DNA from: Mesotaenium endlicherianum
Taxonomy: Eukaryota
DNA length: 21,251 bases
Assembly: GCA_009602735.1 (NCBI GenBank)
Contig: WELA01003517.1
Span: forward strand, 767,473 to 788,723
Direction of reading: 5' to 3'
The number at the start of each line of letters is the position of its first letter. The first letter of the stretch is position 1. Below the pieces are notes generated by a model. The model had not been told where the DNA came from, did not search any database, and was given only the letters and a program-made list of their open reading frames with translations. Shown here one piece after another: positions 1 through 11,133 of the stretch. The position numbers and the translations under genes were made by a program.

Positions 1-39
1 ATAAGGAGAGGAGTAAGAACATGAGACAATTAGATGTAC

Positions 40-1305
40 CTTGCTTGCCTTGTAGCAGTCTATGCAAGCCTGCCTCTCAGGCACACACTGGGGTGGCCGC
101 TGTGGAGCTCTGCCACAAGAGGCCACAACTACGGCAGCATAAATTGCAGCACTTCAATCAGGGGACAGCTCTGGTTACCCCTCAAAGACATTCTACGTAA
201 TTAAATAGACAAAGCTGGAATGCAACTTCGGCAAATCACTTAGCCAACGGTATAACCACAATCAGCATGAGTCTTAGATAGTAGATTGCTGCTTCACAAG
301 CCTGCCGTGGTGAATGCACGTTGAAGATGGTGTCGCCTCTGAAGTAGCCAAGGAGACCTACTTGTACTCTTTAGAATGAAGCTCCTTGGCGAGGTTCTTT
401 ATTTTGTCGACTTGTTGTTCCTCGTCCCTGGCGATTTCCTCTTTCAACTTTGCCTGCTCATGTAAAAAGTCAGGTGGCAAAAGGTCGTCTATATGCTGTA
501 AACCACTCATCAACTACCTTGAGCATGGCTTCCAACGACCATGGAAGAAAACTAATATCTCGATCTGAAACAGGTGCCTGCATTAATACAAATACTCAAT
601 CAAAATGGATATGACATCTATCAGTCCAGCAACTGGGCCCCTCTTCAAGCTATTAAAACACATAGAAGTCATTAGGTGCTACTGACCTACTGAGATGACC
701 AGAGGTATTTCTCATTGCGACCTTATACGTAGTTCAGTAATTCTCGACCTGGTCATCAAGCAGCTGAAAATACTCACAGCTTGTTCAAGAACAACACGAA
801 TAGGTGCCAGATTCTTCTCGCACTGCTCTGCTCTCAACTGCTCCTCTGCCGATACCTCCTGTGGAAGCCCCGGGAAGAGACCTGAGTGGAATCCTAAGGG
901 AAGCTGAGAATGACGTGCTCCAGATGAAGGTGAGGGCTTCTGTGGGTGGTGGCCCCCAACAGCTACCTCTGGTGGATTTTCATATCGTCTCTTCTGAACT
1001 TCGTTGCGACCACTCAACCTTTTTAGTAAGCCCTTAGTAAACTGCAAAATTAAAAAAAACTTCAGTGCGTTATCATCAAGCCCTTTCAAGACTGGTCTTG
1101 CCCGGCATTGCACAAAATCAGGCAGCATTTATAAGAACAGGCTCTTTTCCTGCGTTTATGCAAACACGGGATGATGACCCGTGAGTCAGCCGTAGCCAGA
1201 TGCTAAATAATCAGTATCAGTAGAAGCGGCAGGTACTGAGAAACATACTCGGACAGCAGGTGGTGGCCTCTCTTCCTGCTGTTCTCTTGGTGTAGGCCTC
1301 GCCAT
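40..1305 (-). CDS. Multi-exon coiled-coil + CX9C (CHCH-type) protein, MIC19/CHCHD3-like; 3' end runs off the window
   Basis: Manually spliced minus-strand exons 1305-1249, 1041-967, 858-778, 721-691 (weakest: AAG acceptor, 56-bp intron), 564-518, 453-362 and 109-40. All have GT..AG introns with consistent phases. Translation: MARPTPREQQEERPPPAVR/FTKGLLKRLSGRNEVQKRRYENPPE/EVSAEEQLRAEQCEKNLAPIRVVLEQA/VAMRNTSGHLN/RDISFLPWSLEAMLK/AKLKEEIARDEEQQVDKIKNLAKELHSKEYK/APQRPPQCVPERQACIDCYKASK. The N-terminal VRFTxxLLxRL, charged coiled coil and C-x9-C-Y resemble MIC19-type proteins. The family call is from recalled pattern, not a database search. Confidence 0.7.
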
Positions 1306-1506
1306 ATGGCTTTGCAGTTATGGAGTAGGCCTCATGCAGAGTCTCTCTAGTCCGTTTTCGCTAAAGGAAATACTAAGCAAGTTCCGTCACAGTCGTACAA
1401 ACAAGATTCTTGAAGATTCTTAAAGCATGACGCATCAGGAAAGCGACTTAATCAAACGAACCCTTCTGACGCGCCCTTCTTCAAACAATGTCAGCGAAGA
1501 ACTACA
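1306..1506. promoter_or_regulatory. Putative bidirectional promoter/5' UTR region between divergent genes
   Basis: 201 bp separate the minus-strand ATG (1305) from the plus-strand ATG (1507). Three TGACG cores: 1385-1389 on the minus strand, 1428-1432 and 1467-1471. Confidence 0.55.
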
Positions 1507-4075
1507 ATGGAAGAAGAACCGGAGTGCAGCGTGTGTTCGGCGCCATTCGGTAATTCTATACACGTTCCTCTCGTTTTATCATGCGGCCACTCGCTATGTC
1601 GGGACTGCATACAGCAATTGAGCATTAGCGTTGGAAACTTGCCACCTTTGGTCGGAAGTGACTCTACTCTAGCCACTTCACAACTCTCCCCTTATTCAAC
1701 TCAGGCTCACAATAGTGGGACACTGAGAAACGATGAGGCTGTGTCTGGGGCAAAGAAGTCAGGCGTTGACCTTGTCCGCTGTCCAGAATGTAATGTGCGA
1801 TCAAAGGCGCCATCAGGAGGCTTAGGAGAATTCCCAAAGAACATAGAGCTGCTGCGCTGCATTGATTTACTGAGGCGAAGGACAAATGGACTGGAGGCCA
1901 TCAATGCGCCTGCGAATGGCCTTCGGAACGCTCATGGTAGAGGAGATATATGCACAGGAGCCAGGGTGGAGACGCATGTGTCAGATGGGGTGCAACATTG
2001 CACACTTGCTGAAGGTACCCATTCGAAGACCTCTAGGGAGGACGACAGCAAACAGATCGAGAAACCATCTTCAACAGATGTTAGCCGTGATAGATGTCTC
2101 AACATGGCAGGGTTGGCAGTGATTACGCCTTCCAGAATAACAATTGGTAGAGAAAAGTCACCAGGTCAGCTTTTTGGAACTTTTAAGAGACACAAACACC
2201 TGATTCATGCGTCCTTTTGGAAGCTTCATCTGGATCCAATAGGGAGCAGGTCCAACAATACTTCTCGGAACACGAGCAGTGTCCTGAGCGTAGCTGTAAG
2301 CATTAGTTATAGCTCCCGAAGAGTGAGCAAAATCCTGGGTGTATGGAGAAGGCCAGGTGTTGCAGAAGATTTTCTTGTGACAGAATTCCTGCATCCTCTC
2401 AGCTCACACAGCGATGGCTCTTCAAGCACTCCAAACCCAGCGAGTGGTGTCAGTCTTGGTCAAGAAATATCTGAAAACGGCGCCGTCTCTTCTTTGTCGA
2501 GTGATAAGTACCTCTTGGACATGGCTGCACTGGAGGGTCAAGCAGATGAAGCTGCATCACCAAATAACGCCAGGGCTCTGTTGGAGCACCGCATAAACAG
2601 GACTAGCCTGTCAGAATCAGCTCCACCGTATCCGTTGGCTTCTCTCAGGTGGGCAGCAGAGGTGTGTGAGTGCTTATTGGAAGTTCACACGTATGGGGTG
2701 CTACTTGGCTCCTTGACTGAGGCTGCACTGGGTCTCGACGCCTATTCCCACGTACATCTCCAGCTCGGGCAATACGTACGGGGAGGATTTGGGGCTCAGG
2801 GTGAGCTCTGCAGCTGCAGCATGGAGCATCATATGAGCCCTGAGCTCCTTCTCCTCCATGCGCACCAAGCACCATCACCATCACTGCCCCTCCGGATTGC
2901 TCCAGCAGACATACCTAAGGTGGACGCGTGGGGCTTGGGCTGCATGGTGGGCCACTTGTTGGTGGGGAGCTGCCCTTTTGCAAAAATAGACAGCTGGCAT
3001 GACGTGCGAAGGAGGGACACCTGTCAGTCTCTTGCAGCCGCCTGGATGGCTCATTTCACTGCCACATTCTGGCAGAAGGAGGGCGAGGTGCCGGATAGTG
3101 ACAGTGGTGCTGCAATACAAGTTCATGCTGTGTCTGACACCCCAGAAGATAGTGCACGCTGTGCTCCCAAGCCCGGTGGCGCAGGGAACAGCAAGACGTT
3201 GTCGGACCTGTCTGACCTGCTGAGGATGTGCTTCGAGTGGGACATCCGGAAGCGTCCCCTGCCAGCCCAGCTGTATGCATGCCTGAGGAAGCTGGACCCG
3301 TCTGCCTTCCCAAGTGAGGGACGCTATGGGGGTACAACCACGCACTTAGAGGTGCATGTGCTATGTTTTGGGGACAGAAGCTGCACGCTGAAACTAGCAG
3401 GAGGCTCCTTCACCCTAGCTGACCTGGAGCACAAACCGGAGGAGGAGGAAACTGGGCCAATAGAGGCATCGGCTGCCACTGCTGCTGCTTCCTTTTCTCC
3501 TCCTCCTGGCCCATGGGTGGCCACGCAGAGTGGTGCAGGAGGAGACACCAGGCAGACGAATAACGATGATGGTGACGGGTCGTCCGAGGGTGCTGCTTTT
3601 TGCAGCAGCCATGCTGGAGATCTGGAGGGGCACACTGATCATGTGTCAGCCCTTGCTGTGGGAGGTGCTTGCCTCATCCTCTCTGTAGGCCACCCTCTCG
3701 CATGTGAGGGAGAGCTGAACACAGAGCATCACCTTCTGTCAGACAGTACTTCACAAGCCATTGATTGAATGTTCACAGATTGCTAGGAAGAGGTTATGCC
3801 GTCATAAATCTGTGCATTTGGCTATAGAAGTAGTGAGACCCACAGTTTATTTGGTTGGTGTTCCTGGTCAATGATTGGAATCTGTTGGCAGCCCACTCGG
3901 TCCTTCCCCTGCCGCTGTTGTGGAAGCAGGGATTGTCTGCTTCTCACCCTCGTCTCTTTCCTTCGCACTGAGCCTCTTAGCAAGTGCTGGAGAAGGATAA
4001 TGCAGACAGTGGTCCTGGTGTGTGCATGCTGCTCCAACTTTGCCGTGGGCTTGTGAATGGTGCTTTTGCTCTCTC

Positions 4076-4127
<52 letters not shown>

Positions 4128-4599
4128 NTTTTTGCAGCAGCCATGCTGGAGATCTGGAGGGGCACACTGATCATGTGTCAGCCCTTGCTGTGGGAGGTGC
4201 TTGCCTCATCCTCTCTGTAGGCCACCCTCTCGCATGTGAGGGAGAGCTGAACACAGAGCATCACCTTCTGTCAGACAGTACTTCACAAGCCATTGATTGA
4301 ATGTTCACAGATTGCTAGGAAGAGGTTATGCCGTCATAAATCTGTGCATTTGGCTATAGAAGTAGTGAGACCCACAGTTTATTTGGTTGGTGTTCCTGGT
4401 CAATGATTGGAATCTGTTGGCAGCCCACTCGGTCCTTCCCCTGCCGCTGTTGTGGAAGCAGGGATTGTCTGCTTCTCACCCTCGTCTCTTTCCTTCGCAC
4501 TGAGCCTCTTAGCAAGTGCTGGAGAAGGATAATGCAGACAGTGGTCCTGGTGTGTGCATGCTGCTCCAACTTTGCCGTGGGCTTGTGAATGGTGCTTTT

Positions 4600-4689
<90 letters not shown>

Positions 4690-7459
4690 TGTTGTGGACT
4701 TGCAGGTGGCCGCATCTTCAGTGCGTCTTTGGACAAGACGATTAGAGTGTGGTTGCCCCAGGTAGCTACTCCACACGTGCCACCTTCTATGCTCTTCTAT
4801 ATGCTCGCCCCATGCACGCCCAAGAGGCAGAGAGTCGAGAGTTGGCAAAAGTGGGGGTCAAGCAAGAAAGTTTGCTGTCATCAGCAGCTACGCACGTGGG
4901 CTGGTGGCGACCACTGGCACCAAGAGTCATTTGAGTGATGTCATTTTGCACCTGCATTCGTGGCACAGGTCCCGCACAGACCTCTAGTCATACCTTCCTG
5001 CCTCCACCAATGGAACTGCATTCTGCCATCAACTCAAGGTACTGAAGACAGGGGTGTTGAGTGGCGGGCGGCGCAGGATGTGGGGGGGGGCGCGTGTGCG
5101 TGCATCTTGAAGGGCCACGAGCACCGCATCATGGCTCTTGCCACGATGGCCACCCCCCATAGACTCTTGGTTGCATCAGGCGACTACGGGGGCACCATCA
5201 TCGTGTGGGACGTGTCCCGGGAGCAGCCTCGCGAGGTCGCCAGGTGGCAGGAGCACAAGGACTGGCGCTACTTCGGAGTTGTGGCGCTGGCAGCGTCTGC
5301 AGACGGGCTGCTGTACAGTGGCAGCGGGGACCGCACGGTCAAGGCATGGTCTCTCCCGGTGGGTGCCCTCTGGAATCCTCGTCTTGTCTTCTGCTGCTGC
5401 TGCTGCTGCTGCTGGAATGCCGGCGGCAACATCAGTGGGCAGCGGAGGTGCTTGTTGGCTTGCATTGCGCATTCCAGGACCTCATGGCAGCGTGCCAGCA
5501 CTAGTGCAGCAGTGCGGCAGCAAGAGTGGTGCATGGTGCATGGACCTGTGCCTGAGAAAGAGTATAGTATGTGCAGTCAGTCCTTGCCACCAAACAAAGC
5601 AAAGGCTTAGCGCATGCGCCCTTTAAAGCCACAATTCTGGTGCACTCACTGGCTGCGAGCACGCAATGGCCGCGACGTGTATGGGGAGCTCAGGCTGGGG
5701 GGGAGGGGAGCTGGGCGCGGGCAGCCACCATGGAGGGCCACACAGGGCCCGTGGCGGCGCTGCATGTGGACGCAGAGGTGCTGTACAGCGGCAGTTGGGA
5801 CGGCAGCGTGCGCCTCTGGTGGCGCGCAGACCACAGCCCCCTCTCCACGCTGCCCCATCCTGCAGCGTACCCTCCGCCGGCGGGCGTGCGCGCCGTAGCC
5901 ACGTGCAGCGACGGAGCGGTCGTGTGTGGCAGAGAGGATGGCACCCTCCAGGTGCGCATGGGAACCTGATACCCAGACCCCACAACCCCAGTCGCTTGTG
6001 TGCTGCCTGGCCTGCGCTCTGGGCTTGGCCTCAGGGAGAGGGGCCGTGGGCTGTTGGAGCTTTTCTTCGTGGCTTCTGCGGCTCGCAGGCATCTTTGCGC
6101 CCACACCCTGATTAGAGCTGCCTCCTTGGTGTGACACGTGGCAGACGTGGAGGGAGGGCAAGTGTGAGCACACGGTGAGTCGCGCGCATGCGGCGGTCGT
6201 GAGTGCTGTGCTCGTGGCTGGCTCCTGTCTCTACAGTGCTGCTTGGGACTCCTCCATTCGGGTATGGCACTCTGCCCTCCCGCATGGCCCCCTCCCTATC
6301 ACCTCTTTAGCAGTTGGGACGAATCTGCATGTGTGGCCTGCATATCCGCTGGCGTTTGCTGCATGATCATGGAGTGCACGGTTTTAAACAGAGACAGTCA
6401 TGGATCTGGTGTTACGAGGACAGTTATAAAATTAGTATGTATGCGTCAGTCTTATAGTGCATGTACTGTTGATAACTTGTCTCTACTTGTGATGTGGGTA
6501 CATCCTTTGCCTGCCAGAAGCTCTCTACAGATTTGCCTCAGCAAACCAATGCTGTGTTACCTGGGGGAAGAGTCTCTAGTCTGAGCAGAACAAAGTACTC
6601 TCTGCGCATCCCTGTCGGCGTCGCAGGTAAGCAGCAGTTGGCCTCCCCAAACCGCAGAATCCAAAAAATGTAGTTGTGCATCGACTATCTCATATGGCCT
6701 TTTTTGGCTCGCCGAGGCAAGGGCTAGGGCAGGGTTTGTGCACCTCTTGGGAATCACTATATCCCTCACCCACTGGGACTCTGGGTACAGCGTTCAGGTT
6801 TTGGTGTAGGTTTTGGGGCTACGAATTTGGGGTTTGGACTAAGTTCCAAACACGGGGCTACACCTGTTTTGTGGTCGTGCTACCCATGACTGCAGGTGTG
6901 GCGTGTGGGAATGGCGAGGTTGGTGAGAGAGGAGACAGCAGCGATATCAGCACTGCAACGCGCCCATAGCGCGCCTGTGCTTGCGATGGCGTTGCACAAC
7001 GGTTGCCTCTACTCCAGCGGAGCCGACTGCGTCATCAAGGTAGCTGGACGGGTAACTCTGGGCTCCGGATGCTCCCCACTGGCTTTCTCTCACAAATATT
7101 TGTCGGATTTCTCTCGCATTGAATTGTCATTGACCAAATTGCTGTCCCCTGATATGCTGGGGTGTCTTGATCTGGGATGGGGTAAGCAGCTGCATCTTTT
7201 ATACCCATGGACCTCTAGGGGCCCTCTTTAGTACTCAACGAGGCATTGTGGTCTCCGTCTTGTTTTGAGGGAATTTTCAACATCATGTTGGGCACTTTGC
7301 TTCCGATACCTTGCTGGAATATTGTACGGCGTTGAGGACCTTTTGTGTTCCAATAATCTTTCCTCAAGAGTCTGGGGGCACACTGACAAGGGGGAGATTT
7401 GGTGGTGAGTATGTGTGCAGATATGGCAGAAAGCATATGTTGAAGGACCGCACATTTGA
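1507..7459 (+). CDS. RING-finger / kinase-like (pseudokinase) / WD40-repeat protein, Arabidopsis At1g21651-like, ~1017 aa
   Basis: Exons 1507-3664, 4706-4761, 5077-5358, 5694-5951, 6145-6261, 6896-7039 and 7421-7459, all GT..AG and phase-consistent. The last exon reads IWQKAYVEGPHI* with a CTGAC branch-like site at 7383. RING: CSVC...LSCGHSLCRDC...RCPEC followed by PKNIELLR. Kinase C-lobe motifs: MSPE, DAWGLGC, LLRMC..DIRKRP. WD40 motifs: GHTDHVSAL..IFSASLDKTIRVW, GHEHRIMAL, KDWRYFGVVALA..LYSGSGDRTVKAWS, GHTGPV..LYSGSWDGSVRLW, LYSAAWDSSIRVW, LYSSGADCVIKIW. Confidence 0.88.
3597..4655 (+). repeat. 532-bp near-identical tandem duplication (3597-4127 / 4129-~4655) separated by a single N; probable scaffolding artefact
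   Basis: Constant 532 offset (e.g. stop codons at 3768 and 4300). N at 4128. Both copies end in the (CT)n microsatellite. Confidence 0.9.
4069..4126. repeat. (CT)n microsatellite (first copy)
   Basis: Directly visible, with one CC interruption near 4085. Confidence 0.95.
4601..4692. repeat. Compound (CT)n(GT)n microsatellite just upstream of the exon-2 acceptor
   Basis: (CT)~27 at 4601-4654 followed by (GT)n to ~4692; acceptor TGCAG ends at 4705. Confidence 0.95.
5391..5414. repeat. (CTG)8 trinucleotide repeat in intron 3
   Basis: ctgctgctgctgctgctgctgctg directly visible. Confidence 0.9.
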
Positions 7460-9088
7460 GCTTCTTGAGCAATTTATCCTCTTTGCAATTGGTATTGACG
7501 TGTGCATGGAGAAAATTGTTACATGTACCTTACATGTAGCTTACATATTCCTACTTTGCAAGCGATGTGTCCATGTAAAGGGGCTTGGACAATGAGATAT
7601 CAACATTGTCCACCTCATTTCTTACATGTGTATGTATGATCCATCCCTTTTATGGTGTCATGCATAAGGAGGTCGTGCGTGCCCGAGCTGTAAATTTCAT
7701 AACGAGGAAGAGTCTATAGCAGGCTTTGCTACAATCATGAAGGCAATGTCTTAGACATGCGCAAGATCTTTGAGATACATATAAACCTCTACAAACCCCA
7801 AGAGGCTGAACGGAAGGATCATGATGGGGAAATGATACTGACACCCACTTTTTCCGGCGTTCACTGCCAATTCATCTGAAATCGAGGCTCCCCTAAACTT
7901 TTAGCCCTCGGGAGGCTTATCCGAGGTCAAAATCCAAACTTTTCAAACACCCTCCAAATGCCTTCTTGTGCCTCCCCCTACATCGACAAGAAAAATGTGT
8001 TTCCTCATATTGGATTCCTGGCCTTGTTGAAAAACACAAATTGCTCCAAGGCAAACACGATCTTCAAAATTCATTCCATGCAGAATTGTTCTCAGTTTTT
8101 CACACTACTGAATCACAATTTCCTGAAAATCCAAAGTCACATACACATGAACCAAGGGTTCTACAAGAAAATATTTCTTGGCAGTTCATTACTCAATGAG
8201 CAAAATAGGAATTGTCGGTTTTGTAGATGCTGGACCAATGAGGTGCTGTTTTTCAACCCATGTCAAACCACGTCTATGTATCAAGAACCCCACATGACTA
8301 CTAGGACCTCCTTCACTCCTTGATATCTACTCGCTCAACAATCTATCCTTAGCATCTCCCTCACACGCATGATGTAAGAGGGCAAAGACAGAAATTCGAT
8401 CCGTATGTGAGCGGGTTGGTTGTAAGCTGGGTTAAAAAATCAAAAGGATGTGGACGAGGCGGCCAAACAATTGCACCATTCGTCAGCAAGACGACAAATT
8501 TGTCTACATGGCATGGCAACAATCAATCAAATTTAAAAAAGGCTTAACCTCGCACGCCCAAAAAGTGCGTGCGAGAACTTGCAAGCGTGTAGCCTCAAAC
8601 CGAAGCGCGTTCAAGCTCAACTTGAAAGTTGAAACGCGTCTTAATTTTTAGTGAATGCTTTGGTCAGTCGAATCTTTCCAAAAATCTGATCGCCTCATCC
8701 CCACAAGAATGATGAAACTTGCCGAAATTGGACCCGGACGGAAGTTAACCGCCACACGTTTCGGAACTGAAAACAGAGGCGGTTCCCCGCTAAAACTTTT
8801 TTGCAGCAATTGCTTTTTCGGACAGTATGCGATTCCCAAAGCCAAAAACTGCTTGGAATACTTTAGAGTGTAGACAACAACAGTGTCATGATTTGTTAGC
8901 TTGCGGTTACAGCAACTATGCAACTCTACAAGGGTTGTCGCGACTACTATCCGTTTGACGGTGCCGCACGCGCAGCGCAAGCTACGGCCACCCAGGTTCG
9001 GAAAGTCAACGTTGACTCACCGACCACTTGACAAATTACGTCGCAGTCAGCGGTTATGTCGGCGTCAAGACCACTGGCAAGGGGTCAA

Positions 9089-10333
9089 TGTCAATGTGCC
9101 CCACACCCAGGGATGGGGGAGGTTTTGACAGCATAGACAGCCGCGAGGCTAGAAGCTGGGGATCAGTGATGAGCCGCCCAGCAGGTACCAAGTCAGGTAC
9201 TGCGTGACTGGCAGATTAAGCCAGGTCATGGCCGCAATGCCCAGATAGGTTACGGCCGCCCGATTGGGAATCTTGAGCAAGTGGCATTTGCTTGTACACG
9301 CCGCTCAGGAGTTCTTAGCCATGAGCCAATTAGGCGTGACTGCCAGCTGAGAAGCTAAGCAGCCACGCGGGACAGTCACGAGGTGTGCATGCATGCTGAG
9401 TGACTACGAGTTTGAGTTGAGCATGGCTAGGCAGAAGCGACATGCAGCTAAGCCTTGTGACTAAGCACGGCATTCTCGAAAGATGACGCTGTGTGGTGCC
9501 TGCAAAAGGCACGAACTTTGCCTGAGACATGTCATTCACTCTCACGCACTTTTGCCAAGGAGCAGAAGGAGCAGAAGGAAGGAGAAGAAGGGCGCGAAGA
9601 AGAAGAAGGAGTTCCCAAGGCCATTGGAGAGCCGAGGCCCCACGCTTCTGCCGACGCTGAAGATTCTTCTCAGTGTATCATAGATAAGTTAGGATTGTAG
9701 GAGTTCCCAAGAGGGAATCTCACTGTTGAAAGTAGGAGAACTGCAGAATAGAATTTGCTAGGAGATTGGCACAGATTCGGCCGAACGCCACCAGTGTGTG
9801 AAGCAGCCTTAAAATGGTGAGATGTGTGTTAGTTTCCAAGTTCTCAGAAGTCGCATTCGCATCTTGAAGAGAGAGAGTAGTATTGACAGATAAAGCTCTC
9901 AGAGAAGAATTGAGTGAGCCCTTAGAGTGTGATTTCTGCAAACTACAATTTGCGCGCCTGAGAACCCAAGAACCTTAAGGCATAAAGCCTATGTGGAAGT
10001 AAGAGACTTCCGTCTTACATGTAAGAGGAATTAAGGCAAGGCAAGTATTTTTAAAATTTTCTGCTAAGTCTTAGGATAAGCAGATGGTGGGAGCTGGGTG
10101 AAGGAGAACGTTGCTCTGAGTGTTGGTCATGGTTGCATGGTGCAAGTTCAGGAGCCCAGGGATGTATTAACCCTGGTAAGGCTTGTCACCGACACACGTG
10201 CGAAGGTCGATCGACCATGTTTGCCCACACGTGAGGAGGGCCACCGACACATCAACCAGGTCGAAGGCACACGTGCTGAAAGGCTACGCACGTGCCGAGG
10301 GACCGACACTGTTAGGCACGACAGGGTGTGAAA
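9089..10333. mobile_element. Probable solo LTR (family C), ~1245 bp
   Basis: Starts TGTCA and ends GGGTGTGAAA (one mismatch from TGACA). Flanked by direct GTCAA at 9084-9088 and 10334-10338. Non-coding interior with short repeated motifs. Caveat: GTCAA is locally frequent. Confidence 0.55.
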
Positions 10334-11133
10334 GTCAACCTACAACCACCACATTGCATTTCATTTTCGTATTGCTTGGGTGTCCTTGTCTTTATTTTCA
10401 AGTCGTAGAAATGTCAAGCATCAAGCCAGCTCTCTAACGCGATTGGTTTTGTGTCATTTGGATAGATATTGTGAGAGACATTCACATTTTATTGAAAGAT
10501 ACCTCTTGGGCCTTAGCACGACCAAGTGCGAATATCAGAAACTCCATGACGCAATTCATCACTCCCAAAGGGTGCACCTTTGGACTCTTCGCGGCTCCAA
10601 AATCTTCTATTAGCTTGCACCTACATCCGCGACCCTTGACTAGTACTTATCCTATGCATTTCCAAAGTAATAGTATATAACTTGGCAACTTCAATACACA
10701 CACCTACAGGAACCTTCCCAAATTTACACATCCACTTCTTAAGTTTTATCTAGTATTTATTGATCTCGGTAAGATTTGGCCAATCACAAGTACTTTTGCA
10801 TCTGACTGTTGATTGAAATGAGTACTGACTAGCCAACGAGCATGCTAGCACCCTAGGAACATGTGTGTGTATGAGTCCTAGTTTTAAAATACTTGCGTAT
10901 CGGCCTAACTTGCCATACTGATACTCCGTATTACAAACGTATACGTATCAACAAAATACTTCCAAAAACCAAGGTCTTTTTTTTAATTCAATACCAAATT
11001 CAGATCTTCCCTTCTAAAGGCGGAACGTTGACATCAATTTTATTCGACCATTTATTTTTGACGCGCTTGTCATTCTCCACCCAATGCAATCGACGAAATT
11101 TGAAATTTTCAAAATCTTCAAAAATTACATGCA

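Noticed and set aside
712..1128. 138-aa single-exon ORF as a gene
   Set aside because: Better explained as two in-frame exons (1041-967, 858-778) of the spliced minus-strand gene plus stop-free intron sequence.
3665..3768. C-terminal tail of the 753-aa ORF (ACLILSVG...QAID*)
   Set aside because: Intron read-through; the WD40 repeat continues at 4706 after a GT donor at 3665.
3597..4655. Tandem duplication of the exon-1 end/intron-1 start as a real exon duplication or alternative exon
   Set aside because: The copies are essentially identical, joined by a single N and bounded by a microsatellite, the typical signature of unmerged overlapping contig ends. Long reads would settle it.
5138..6173. 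Numerous overlapping 60-175 aa ORFs on both strands
   Set aside because: Shadow frames of GC-rich WD40 exons with few stop codons.
6795..6840. Telomere-like GGTTTT/GGGTTT repeats
   Set aside because: Only a few irregular units inside an intron; no TTTAGGG array.
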